A DNA stretch of 46,720 nucleotides from a virus (lineage: Duplodnaviria > Caudoviricetes), in IMG/VR virus record IMGVR_UViG_3300020120_000066, positions 1 through 46,720 of that record; one strand, written 5' to 3'. The position numbers and the translations under genes were made by a program. Positions 16,071-24,972 of the stretch are shown here, one piece after another. Each line of letters begins with the position of its first letter. Position 1 is the first letter of the stretch. A model generated the notes under the pieces. That model was not told the origin of the DNA. It saw only the letters and a list, made by a program, of their open reading frames with translations, and did not search any database.

Positions 16071-16511
16071 TCAAGGTTTTGTCGGTGGCATAATCAGCTT
16101 ATTGATCGCTGTGTACTCGGCTTCGGCTATAGCACCTGTCACCGGCAGGCCCAGCTTTGCCTGCAAGACCACGACGGCGGCGAAAGTTTTTGAACCAAAC
16201 ATCCCGTCGACCACAAGCGGCGTGCCAAAGGTGATGAAACCTGTTGTTTGGATAATGTTAAGCGATGTCTGCGCCCACTTGGTCGACTCCGGGTAGCCGA
16301 GGTGGACAGCAGCGAGAACAGCTTGGATTTTCTTGTCCGCAGAGGGGAACAGCGAAGCACCAAACTCCTCCAGCGACTTGAGCGCCGGGCTTTTCATGAT
16401 CGCGTTGGCAATTGCGCCGAAACCGGCGCTCGATTGCCAGAGTTGTCCGATCTGCGTGGCGATCGGGATTAGGCCAGAAACTAGCGAAACGATAGACATT
16501 ATGCTCATCAT
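16071..16511 (-). CDS. peptidoglycan-binding domain (PG_binding_1-like) protein
   Basis: LVVDGMFGSKTFAAVVVLQAKLGLPVTG. Confidence 0.75.
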   Translation of the reverse strand: MMSIMSIVSLVSGLIPIATQIGQLWQSSAGFGAIANAIMKSPALKSLEEFGASLFPSADKKIQAVLAAVHLGYPESTKWAQTSLNIIQTTGFITFGTPLVVDGMFGSKTFAAVVVLQAKLGLPVTGAIAEAEYTAINKLIMPPTKP

Positions 16512-16912
16512 GGTGATTTTCCTTCTTCACGTTCCGCGAGCGCATGCTCGACGGCAATTTCAGCGGCAGGAGGAGCAGCTATTTCGGCGGCAGGTGGAGC
16601 TGCTGCTGCTGCTGCAGGAGGCGCCGCCTCCGCGGCGGCAACCTTCGCGGCGGTTGTGACAGCTGCGGGAGTGCCGGACCCCGTGCCAGATGTCGCCATC
16701 GTGTTTATCGTGTCGTCCTTGGCCTTGGAGCTAGCTGACGATCCAAAATAAAATCCCACGATGTTTGTAAAACCCACGGAGACCAGGGCACCGACTAGCA
16801 CCTTGAAAACGTCGCTGTCGGCATGCCCCATAAATGCCAGCAAAAACACCAGGGCGATGATCGCCCCTATCAGCGCCACCGCAATTATCGACGGGGTGTT
16901 GTTCGTGTTCAT
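16508..16912 (-). CDS. holin-like two-TM protein with Ala/Pro-rich tail
   Basis: Two TM helices then IVGFYFGSSASSKAKD; start MNTNN at 16912. Confidence 0.7.
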   Translation of the reverse strand: MNTNNTPSIIAVALIGAIIALVFLLAFMGHADSDVFKVLVGALVSVGFTNIVGFYFGSSASSKAKDDTINTMATSGTGSGTPAAVTTAAKVAAAEAAPPAAAAAAPPAAEIAAPPAAEIAVEHALAEREEGKSP

Positions 16913-17103
16913 TTTGGCGGGACCGGCGGCGCAGGCACGGCAACCATCTGGCACTCGCCGTGGACGCCGAGCGGGCTGATCTGTGCGTAGCCAAGCTTGA
17001 CCCTCGCGCGTTCGCAGGTCTGCTGGTCGGGGTACTGCCGCTCCAGCGTCGCCTGCTGGACGTGGAAGAAGTTGAAGAGGACGATGACGTAGACGTAAAA
17101 CAT
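16909..17103 (-). CDS. small exported/membrane protein
   Basis: Hydrophobic N-terminus and two Cys. Confidence 0.55.
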   Translation of the reverse strand: MFYVYVIVLFNFFHVQQATLERQYPDQQTCERARVKLGYAQISPLGVHGECQMVAVPAPPVPPK

Positions 17104-17111
17104 GGCGGCTC

Positions 17112-17654
17112 CTATACCTCGTCGCCGGGTACGGCAACGATACGTTTGATTTCAGCTAAAAATGCACCCCTGGCCTTCGGTGTTTCTCCTGGGTGTATTG
17201 CGTATTCCTTCGACAGGACCAGCGTCGTCCGGTTATTGCCGGCCGCCTTGTGCCATGCGAGCGTTCCTAAACCTGCCGTGATGAACGTGCCGAACCAGCC
17301 GGGCGCATAAAATTCGTGAGCAAAGAGAACGTTTGACAAAATCCCCCAGTCAGCACCATTGCGCGATGCCTGAAAACCGAACATCCCGTGGATTTTGACC
17401 TCTCGGGCGTATGTCGCAGCCACAGGACAGTTGCAAGCGCCAAGCGACGTGCCGACGAGCAATCGGATCGCATCTTTCGGAGCGCGTATCAGATTGTCTG
17501 CTACCTCTTGCACTTGAAAGTCCCGGTAGGGCGACTGGCCGAGATCGGCGCCAGGGACGGCCCTTCTGATTTCTTCCGTGAATGAATACGATCCGCGGTC
17601 AGTGACCGGACCCCACATTCCCGACATAACGCGCGCGACGATTGGCCTGTTCAT
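17112..17654 (-). CDS. alpha/beta-hydrolase-like protein
   Basis: LLVGTSLGA (GxSxG nucleophile elbow) and a C-terminal His. Confidence 0.55.
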   Translation of the reverse strand: MNRPIVARVMSGMWGPVTDRGSYSFTEEIRRAVPGADLGQSPYRDFQVQEVADNLIRAPKDAIRLLVGTSLGACNCPVAATYAREVKIHGMFGFQASRNGADWGILSNVLFAHEFYAPGWFGTFITAGLGTLAWHKAAGNNRTTLVLSKEYAIHPGETPKARGAFLAEIKRIVAVPGDEV

Positions 17655-17791
17655 ATGCAATACCCAGTTGCAACGTAATGCCTACAACGCTGACACGTCT
17701 CATAGGACGGTACTGTTCCGTCGGCATACCAATCCTTAAAGCGATGCCCAAGTAGCCAGCAAATGATGCGTGCGATAACCGGCCGGCTCAT
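17651..17791 (-). CDS. small Cys/His prophage protein (DUF1660-like, 46 aa)
   Basis: Read by hand: MSRPVIARIICWLLGHRFKDWYADGTVPSYETCQRCRHYVATGYCI; ATGA overlaps at both ends. Confidence 0.65.
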   Translation of the reverse strand: MSRPVIARIICWLLGHRFKDWYADGTVPSYETCQRCRHYVATGYCI

Positions 17792-17907
17792 TTTTTCTTC
17801 TCCAGCTCAGCGTGGCGCATGCGCTGTAGCGCCTCGATCTCGGCGCGGAGCAGTTGGCAGTCGCGCTCCAGCTCCATGACGCGAGCGCGCAGCCACTGTT
17901 CGGTCAT
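17788..17907 (-). CDS. small coiled-coil peptide (39 aa)
   Basis: MTEQWLRARVMELERDCQLLRAEIEALQ...; ATGA overlaps. Confidence 0.55.
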   Translation of the reverse strand: MTEQWLRARVMELERDCQLLRAEIEALQRMRHAELEKKK

Positions 17908-18482
17908 GTTTCTCTTACCCAGCGGATGGAGTGGTCGAGCACAGCGAGGCGCGCGAGGGTCGGCGCGCAACCGGGCTGCGTGTCCCACACGCCCGCATTA
18001 AAGACGTGATCGGCGGTGTATTTACCCGCGCGCTGTATGTTTGTTCCGCCCCACAGGTAAGGGGATGGCAGGCCTCTGCCGTCGTACCCCGTCCCGTTGA
18101 CGATTTCGAGCTCGTAAAGCTCTTTCTCTAGTCTCCAATCCCTAACGCTCGACAGCCCGTCGATCTTGAGCGCGTCAATCGCGCCATCGACGAACGCATT
18201 GGGGCCGAGGAACGGGCCGCGCCGCTTTGGCACTATCGTGGTCTTGCGCTTAAGCGACTGACCGTTCCCGAGGTAGGTGCCAAAGTCGTTGTTGCTTTCG
18301 CGAAGATGCGTCAAAGCAATTAGCGTCCACGGCACCCCCGTCTTTTTTTCGATTAACTGATAGATGTCTTTGTGAGCTAGGAGGCGTGCCGCGGTGTGAT
18401 CAAATTCCGCTACGCGGTTCGCCTTGATGACCATGGCGTCCCACCATTTCGCGTATTGCGGCCACTTCGCTCCATATCTCAT
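17904..18482 (-). CDS. lysozyme-family endolysin
   Basis: TGVPWTLIALTHLRES...YLGNGQ...VPKRRGPF...GAIDAL...NGTGY...PSPYLWGGT...GKYTADH...DTQPGC. Confidence 0.85.
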   Translation of the reverse strand: MRYGAKWPQYAKWWDAMVIKANRVAEFDHTAARLLAHKDIYQLIEKKTGVPWTLIALTHLRESNNDFGTYLGNGQSLKRKTTIVPKRRGPFLGPNAFVDGAIDALKIDGLSSVRDWRLEKELYELEIVNGTGYDGRGLPSPYLWGGTNIQRAGKYTADHVFNAGVWDTQPGCAPTLARLAVLDHSIRWVRET

Positions 18483-18857
18483 CTAGCCACCCGCGCCAGG
18501 CATGAAGCAGCGCACCGATGGTTTGCCGTCGCTGCGATAGACCCAAGCCATCGCCGGGCCATAGCGGTTCGGCGCGGTCACAACTTCTTCGTCGGTCACG
18601 ACGATCCACTGGCCTTCGATGTGAACGCGATAATGAGCCTTGCCATTGATCACGGTTACATCCCAGTCCACGTCCGCGACGGTCGAGCCATCAACGTGGG
18701 CACAGCAGGGAAAACCGCCCTTGCTCTGCAGGCCGTTAAACCACGCATCGAGGTCGGGGCGCTCCTTCATGTGCGCGTGCGCAGGCCGCGAATGGGCAGC
18801 GAGGAAAATCAGGAAAATTGCCGCGGCGATAAGCACCAGCACGCCCAGCCAAGCCAT
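18483..18857 (-). CDS. exported Cys-rich hypothetical protein
   Basis: Signal/TM N-terminus; GFPCC...CFMPG. Confidence 0.7.
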   Translation of the reverse strand: MAWLGVLVLIAAAIFLIFLAAHSRPAHAHMKERPDLDAWFNGLQSKGGFPCCAHVDGSTVADVDWDVTVINGKAHYRVHIEGQWIVVTDEEVVTAPNRYGPAMAWVYRSDGKPSVRCFMPGAGG

Positions 18858-18976
18858 AGCCCGACCCTCTCGGCGGGGGCTAGGAAGCCCGCCAGGAGGG
18901 CCAGGGCGACGGAGGGCTACGCGTACCATCATGGCGCGGAGCCTTCGCCTACGGGCTCCCTACGCGCAACGCACGC

Positions 18977-21900
18977 CTATTGCGGCGGCGGCTGGTTTTC
19001 TAGTGCCCTTTCGAGGCGTTGGCGCTGCTCTGGCGTCGAATACCTGTAGAAGTCGCGCAGGGTCCGCCCCTTGAGCCGCGTGGCAGGATACTGCGTCGTG
19101 CGGATATAGAACCGCTGCAAGCCGGCCGGCACGTCTAGCTCGGTCATGCGCGCCCGAGCTCCCTCAATGTCGCCGCTTTGGATTTGGCGTCGGATTTCGG
19201 GCAATTCGGCATCGACCGCGTATTTATGCTGGCTCTCCGCTTGGTATAGCTCGCCGACCGCCGGCCCACCCGGGGCGCCCTTGGAAAACATGAAGCCAAA
19301 GAATGGTCCGGCGGTTTGCAGCGTGGCGAGCTTTTCATCCGGCGCCTTGCCCCTCACGAGGTCCATGAAGGCGCCCGCTTGTGTGACGGGGAATTGCTCT
19401 GCGGCAATCGTCTCGGCAATCTTGGCGACGTTGCTCAGGTACTTCGCGGGCGTGTCTGCGTCCGGGTCATACACCTTGCGGCCAAAGCCCTTATCGTTGG
19501 CGAGGATTTGCCAGGCTGGCCGGGCCACGGTCCCGAGTTTCCGCCGGATCATGTCGAGTGGCCCGGTCAAGTAGCCCTCAAATTCTTCACCGATGCGGCC
19601 CACCGGATTGCGCGCGTAGATAGCCGTTCCGTCGTGCGTGTAGCCGACTCTGACGCGGTCCTGACGGCTCGGCTCATTCTCATTTGTCGCGCTTAGTCCC
19701 TGCATCAGATTGAACGGCTGGAGAAGCGAAAGCGGGTGCTCTTTGGCCTTTGTCAGAGTGTCCGCAAACCGCTGCGTATATCCGTGCATTTCCTTGTCGA
19801 GCGTCGAGTCGCCGAGCATGACGTTGAGTGCGTTTTGCATGATCGAGTTGCCGACGTAGAATAGACCGATGTCCATAGCCACGATCGACATTGCCTTGCG
19901 GCGCGCGAGCGACTGCATATAGCCCTTGGCTTCGGGGTTTATCTGCCCTGCGTCGCGCTCGATTTGAGCCAGCACGTCCTTTGGCAACCCGGTCAGCATG
20001 TCCTTCATGGCGCCGAGATTGCCTAGCGTGAATGAGCGGGAGAACATCAGAAGGTTTGCCACCTTCTTTGCCCCGTTGCCCATTGCTTCCTGTGGCAATG
20101 CCCCAGCGTAGCGGTTTGCCCAATGAGCCGCAGCTCGGGCCGCTGAAATGCGGTCGACCCCCTTCGCCATGAGGTCGTCGCGGAAGTTGACGTAAAGCCC
20201 CATCTGCAGATCGGCGACGCGATCCCAAAGCAGCGTGTTGTGCCAAAAATCGCCGGCCTTATCGACCGCGCGCTTTACCGCTGTGCCAGCTGCCGGATCG
20301 AATAGCCCCGGCACCGCTCCCAAAACCTGCGCGGTAAATGATCGGCCCGGCGTCAAATTCGCGCCATTGGCGATCTCGTCGATATTCTGATTGTAGAAGC
20401 GATGGCCGATCGGGACGAGTCCGTTGCCGATCGCCTCGTGCATAGTAGCAACATCGTTTTTGGCGCGGTTGCCTTCAAAGTAGACCTTGAACGACGCAAC
20501 CTTGCCCGGCATTGCTGGCAGAGCGCGACCCCACTCCACCGCGTTGTGAATGATCGGCGAGTTCATTATCAGCGACATCGTCTTGCCTTTGAGCGACATC
20601 GCGGCGTTATAGAGGGCGCCATTCGGCTGTGTTAGCACCGCGCGCGAAGGTCCCTCAAAATCCCCGCGAACATAGTACGGCACTTGCTGGAAGATCGTCT
20701 CGCCGTTGGCATCAGTGGCGGCCTGCACTTTACCGTCAACCGTCTCGAACTTTGGCCGCCATATCTTGAGCGCGGGGTGGTCAAGAGTAAACCACTTATA
20801 GGGACTTCCCGTCGGCGGCGCACCTTCTACTACGGTTTCGGCTCCAGTTCGCCGGCCGTACTCCTTGATCCAGTCAACAAACGTACGGCCCGCGATAGCG
20901 TCCTCAAGCTTGGCTGTTGCTAGGACTAGGGTGCGAATGTCGCGGACAATCTCAACCTGCTCGCCAAGGCTCGCTTTCGCGGCGGCCTCGGTTTCTTCTG
21001 CCGTCATGTATTTGCGGTGTTTTAGCTGCGCCGTCGTTGTGCGCAGATTGAGCCCCATTGCATTGAGAGAAATTGGCTTTTGATCGGCCGCAGCATTTGC
21101 GACATTGATAACCATCCGAGGCGTATAGGCTGGCAAGCCTTCGCCCTGAACCATGCTGATATCACGCGCATGCAACCACGCCATTTGTGCCCGCGACTGC
21201 AATTCCTCGACGGTAAATTTCTCCTGCGGCGTCAACGTCACCAAGCCTTGATGTTCAGTCGACTCGCCGAGCTGACGGGCCACGCTTTCCTCGTCGCCCG
21301 CAATCCACATACGCTTGCGCTGTTCCGGTGTGAACGATTTCTCGACTATCTTGTCGATACGCTGCCAGTCCCATCGGTTCCGCCGCATGGAATTGGCGAA
21401 GTCCTTTGCGACCGCCATCGAATCAGTTGTGCCGGTCGCCATAGGCGCCAGCATCATTTGCGCGTCTCGGCCGATGTCGCTCAGCTTGTCTGCGGCCGAG
21501 CGGATAGACGCGAGCAAGGAGCCCGGCGGATGTGGGGGCTGAATTGACGCAAGGTCCGGCAGGTCGTTGACAGCCGCGCTTAACGGCACCGGCTTGCGGA
21601 AAGCATCGGCGAGCCCTTGTTCTTCGTCGGAGGACAGCTTGATCTCTTCTGGAATGTTCGTCAGATCATGACGCAAAAAGGCGTCAGTCTGTGCATCGTG
21701 TGCCGCTTCTGCCGGGTGAATGCCTTTCTCGTTCCAGAGATCGCGCAAATTCTGTGCGGCCCTCGGATTGCCAAGAACCGTCGCCGCAGCATCAAAGTCC
21801 TCGGTGGTCGGTAGGCCGCCAATCATTTGCGCTTTCCCGTCGCGCATACGAAAGAACTTTGCCGCTTGTAGCCCCTCGCTAAGAGCTTTTGAGCCGCCGA

Positions 21901-22333
21901 GAAGGCCCAAACCTAGCTCGGTCATTTCCTTGGGAATGCCGGCCTCTTTCTCAATCGTCGGGCTAACAAGCCCGGCTGGCGATGTCAGCACCCCTCCAAA
22001 TCCGCCGAGCACATTGGCGGCACCCTTCACGATTTGCCACGAGCGTTCGTTGCTATCCTTTAGTTCCGGGCGAGCCTCTACCAGATCGCTAACCCAGCCA
22101 GGCAACGGCTCGCGCGGAGTTTGGCCCGCGATCTGCGCGGCACCCTTCCCCATAGTCTGCACGCCCTCGACCGCCAGCTCGCCCATGCGGGATAGGCCGG
22201 CCGACAAACCGATCGACACACGATGCAGAAATGACTCCGGCACCTGCGGCACAAACGGATCGTGCTCAACCGGCGCTAGCTTCGGCTCGAATGGATTGCC
22301 TTCAACTGGCGTGAGCGCAGGTTCATTTGCCAT
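18977..22333 (-). CDS. large internal virion (ejection) protein
   Basis: About 1120 aa, helical; follows the SLT-containing protein as in T7/BPP-1-like podoviruses. Confidence 0.75.
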   Translation of the reverse strand: MANEPALTPVEGNPFEPKLAPVEHDPFVPQVPESFLHRVSIGLSAGLSRMGELAVEGVQTMGKGAAQIAGQTPREPLPGWVSDLVEARPELKDSNERSWQIVKGAANVLGGFGGVLTSPAGLVSPTIEKEAGIPKEMTELGLGLLGGSKALSEGLQAAKFFRMRDGKAQMIGGLPTTEDFDAAATVLGNPRAAQNLRDLWNEKGIHPAEAAHDAQTDAFLRHDLTNIPEEIKLSSDEEQGLADAFRKPVPLSAAVNDLPDLASIQPPHPPGSLLASIRSAADKLSDIGRDAQMMLAPMATGTTDSMAVAKDFANSMRRNRWDWQRIDKIVEKSFTPEQRKRMWIAGDEESVARQLGESTEHQGLVTLTPQEKFTVEELQSRAQMAWLHARDISMVQGEGLPAYTPRMVINVANAAADQKPISLNAMGLNLRTTTAQLKHRKYMTAEETEAAAKASLGEQVEIVRDIRTLVLATAKLEDAIAGRTFVDWIKEYGRRTGAETVVEGAPPTGSPYKWFTLDHPALKIWRPKFETVDGKVQAATDANGETIFQQVPYYVRGDFEGPSRAVLTQPNGALYNAAMSLKGKTMSLIMNSPIIHNAVEWGRALPAMPGKVASFKVYFEGNRAKNDVATMHEAIGNGLVPIGHRFYNQNIDEIANGANLTPGRSFTAQVLGAVPGLFDPAAGTAVKRAVDKAGDFWHNTLLWDRVADLQMGLYVNFRDDLMAKGVDRISAARAAAHWANRYAGALPQEAMGNGAKKVANLLMFSRSFTLGNLGAMKDMLTGLPKDVLAQIERDAGQINPEAKGYMQSLARRKAMSIVAMDIGLFYVGNSIMQNALNVMLGDSTLDKEMHGYTQRFADTLTKAKEHPLSLLQPFNLMQGLSATNENEPSRQDRVRVGYTHDGTAIYARNPVGRIGEEFEGYLTGPLDMIRRKLGTVARPAWQILANDKGFGRKVYDPDADTPAKYLSNVAKIAETIAAEQFPVTQAGAFMDLVRGKAPDEKLATLQTAGPFFGFMFSKGAPGGPAVGELYQAESQHKYAVDAELPEIRRQIQSGDIEGARARMTELDVPAGLQRFYIRTTQYPATRLKGRTLRDFYRYSTPEQRQRLERALENQPPPQ

Positions 22334-24521
22334 AGTCGACACGGAAGAATTTGCCGCCGCGCTCGACATAGTAATTTCCGTCAGGCGCTAGCTTTGCTGT
22401 TTCCGGTCCGATCGCAATGGTGCCCGGCTTTGCCGGCGGCAGGTTGCCAAATCGCTCGGTAAAGGTGGCGCCGGGAGGAACGGCCCTTAGATGCGCTTGA
22501 TACTTTTGGATGTCCTGCAAGCTGGCATGGTATTGCTCAATGTTTTCAGGACGCCCAAAATAATTCTCGTTCCCTGGCCGATAAACAAGCATTGGATCCT
22601 TGCCCTGCTTCTTCAGCACTTCCTCCATGTGCTGCGCATCCGATTCGGCGCGGTATCTATTCTGTGAGCCGAGTTCCGAGTGCTCTCCCAACTCGGTAAT
22701 CCCGGCGTCAATCGTCGAAGCGAACCGCTCAAAGAACGCCTTGCGTGCCCCGGCCAGCGCAGAGCCCTCCGGCGTCTTTGTATCCACAAACATTTTTTCA
22801 ACGCGCTGCCAATCCTCATATAACAGCTTTGATTTGCTCTCGTCCGGTGGAGCGTACACGTCCCTGATTTGCTCTGCCGAAGTTATCTTGCGAGGATCGC
22901 CGTCAGGAAGGCGAATGCGCCGGATAAGGTCAACGGCAATCTGCGCGGACACTTCCTTTGCTGGCTCTTCCTTCCCGTCGCGCTTGCGCCAGGCCAGCGC
23001 CCGCTCCTTGGCTGCGGCCGATATTCCTTGTGCGGTTTTAATGTCGTAGTCTGTTATCCCAGACTTTTCCTGCGCGCTATCAACGACGACCTTATTCATA
23101 AAGTCTTCGTCGCGCGCCTTCTGCGCCTGTTCGGCAAGCCGGTGCTGCCGGTCCTGATCCAGGGTGAACTGCTTGATTACGTTCGTGCCGCGCTCAAAAT
23201 TAAGTTGCCGCTGCACCGGATCAATCGACTGGTCGTTGCGCATGGCCTCGACCATCGCGAGCGCGTTTTGTATGCCGTTGTGAGCCTCATATTGCTGCGG
23301 CAGACTTTGGACCGAAAGCGAGCTGGGCCTCTCTCCGCGCAACCATCCCTCAATGGATTGGCCGGTGATGCCCTCGATATACTTACGAGTTGCGTCCGGC
23401 ATAGCACTTGGATTGGCGCCGGATGCCATCCACGCGGCAACGTGGCCTTCGCCCCAATTATAGGCCGCGAGCGCAAGGCCGGTATTGCCGTGATACTTCG
23501 TCTGTAGATCGGACATCATATGTGCCGCGCCATTAATTGATGACTGCGCATTGAACACGTCAACCCCATATTGTCGCGCGGTAGCATCCATGAACTGCGC
23601 AATACCCTTTGCGCCTTTCGGGCTCACGGCTCTCTCGTCAAACGCGCTTTCCTTGTAAAGTTGGCGCGTGAGGAATGTCCGGTCATAGCCCCACTTGTTC
23701 GCCGCCGCCTCGATGTCTGCGTCATATGCGGCGCCCGGCCGCGTCAGCGTTTTTGTAAGTTCACGGTCAAATTTCGCGGAGTCGATGTCCCGCCGCAGAT
23801 CGGTGTGAATTCTGTCGGACTCGCTTTCCGGCATACCCAAAATCGGATTTCTGCGCTCTTGGATAGCGTGGTCGACTTCCTTGAGTTTATCCTCAACCTT
23901 CTTTCGACCTTCTGGCGTTTCAAGCGCCCCGTCTGCAATCAAACCGAGCGCATCTGCTCGGTTTGTCTCAATGGCATATTTTGTATTCTCTGCAAGGTTG
24001 CGCCGGATGATCGCCGCCTGTTCGCCTGTAATTCTCCGGTAGTTGAAGGTCGTAGTTTCATCGACAGCTCTGCCAAGCGCTTCCCCAACGTCTGGCCCGG
24101 CTTGCGCGGTGACTTTCTGCACGAGGCTGCTTCTGAACTGCGTGGCTGCGTGCAAGTAGGCTTCTGGATCGTTCGCATATTCTCTGCTCATTTCGATGTC
24201 TTTGCGCCTGGCGGCGCCGATCGACTCCGTCAATGCAGAGAACTTGAACGCGCGGCTGTATGCGACACCGGCCTCGCCGAAGATCGGCAGGCGCGAGCGC
24301 GTCATCGTTATGTTGCCCTGGTCGTCGGTCGAGACTGCTTCGTGTCCGGCTTGCTCGCCAAATGGGACCGAAAGCTTCTCTAGCCCCTCGCCGAGCTTAT
24401 CGAGCGACCGCGCGAGCATCGCATAGGGTTGCCCAACATCGCCCGCGCTAAGGCTCGACCGCGGCGTCGTGCTCTCGACGACGGCAGACGGCTGCAGCGT
24501 CGTGTTGATAGCGTCAGCCAT
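22323..24521 (-). CDS. internal virion protein with lytic transglycosylase (SLT) domain
   Basis: YKESAFDERAVSPKGAKGIAQFMDATA...ALAAYNWGEG. Confidence 0.85.
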   Translation of the reverse strand: MADAINTTLQPSAVVESTTPRSSLSAGDVGQPYAMLARSLDKLGEGLEKLSVPFGEQAGHEAVSTDDQGNITMTRSRLPIFGEAGVAYSRAFKFSALTESIGAARRKDIEMSREYANDPEAYLHAATQFRSSLVQKVTAQAGPDVGEALGRAVDETTTFNYRRITGEQAAIIRRNLAENTKYAIETNRADALGLIADGALETPEGRKKVEDKLKEVDHAIQERRNPILGMPESESDRIHTDLRRDIDSAKFDRELTKTLTRPGAAYDADIEAAANKWGYDRTFLTRQLYKESAFDERAVSPKGAKGIAQFMDATARQYGVDVFNAQSSINGAAHMMSDLQTKYHGNTGLALAAYNWGEGHVAAWMASGANPSAMPDATRKYIEGITGQSIEGWLRGERPSSLSVQSLPQQYEAHNGIQNALAMVEAMRNDQSIDPVQRQLNFERGTNVIKQFTLDQDRQHRLAEQAQKARDEDFMNKVVVDSAQEKSGITDYDIKTAQGISAAAKERALAWRKRDGKEEPAKEVSAQIAVDLIRRIRLPDGDPRKITSAEQIRDVYAPPDESKSKLLYEDWQRVEKMFVDTKTPEGSALAGARKAFFERFASTIDAGITELGEHSELGSQNRYRAESDAQHMEEVLKKQGKDPMLVYRPGNENYFGRPENIEQYHASLQDIQKYQAHLRAVPPGATFTERFGNLPPAKPGTIAIGPETAKLAPDGNYYVERGGKFFRVDYGK

Positions 24522-24969
24522 TTAGCGCCTTTACTGCGCCGCTCAGTCCGCCGAAAAAGTCGCCGAGCATCGAGACTTTGCCGGAGAGTAACGCCTGGTT
24601 GCCGGCGTAGCGCATGTAGGCCGCATCGGCTTCGTCCTGCAGAGCTTGCTCCTTAATGCTCGCGACCTTCATGGTTTTATCCTCGGTCGCAATATCGCTC
24701 GTCGCTTGGCGCACCGCCTCGCCGGTCGGCGAGAATGGGTCGACGTGACCAGCCGCCCGCGTGGCATCCAGCTTGCCAAGCGTAATCGCCAGGTTGCGCG
24801 TCATCTGCGCGTTGACCTGGGTGGCTTTCAGCTCGCCGTATTCAGCCGAGCGCTGTAATTCCTCGGCGCGGAATTTGTCACCGACGCTTGTCGCTTGGGC
24901 CGACTCGTAGTCGCCAAACATTTTAACGCCAGTGCCGGCAAGGCTCAGTCCGCTTGCTGCTATATCCAT
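24514..24969 (-). CDS. small internal virion protein
   Basis: Gly/Ala-rich termini; position after the nozzle gene. Confidence 0.65.
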   Translation of the reverse strand: MDIAASGLSLAGTGVKMFGDYESAQATSVGDKFRAEELQRSAEYGELKATQVNAQMTRNLAITLGKLDATRAAGHVDPFSPTGEAVRQATSDIATEDKTMKVASIKEQALQDEADAAYMRYAGNQALLSGKVSMLGDFFGGLSGAVKALNG

Positions 24970-24972
24970 GTC

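Noticed and set aside
18860-18976. Structured ncRNA between the virion and lysis genes
   Set aside because: Only a GC-rich hairpin (ggagcc...ggctcc) is evident, which is not enough to call an RNA gene.
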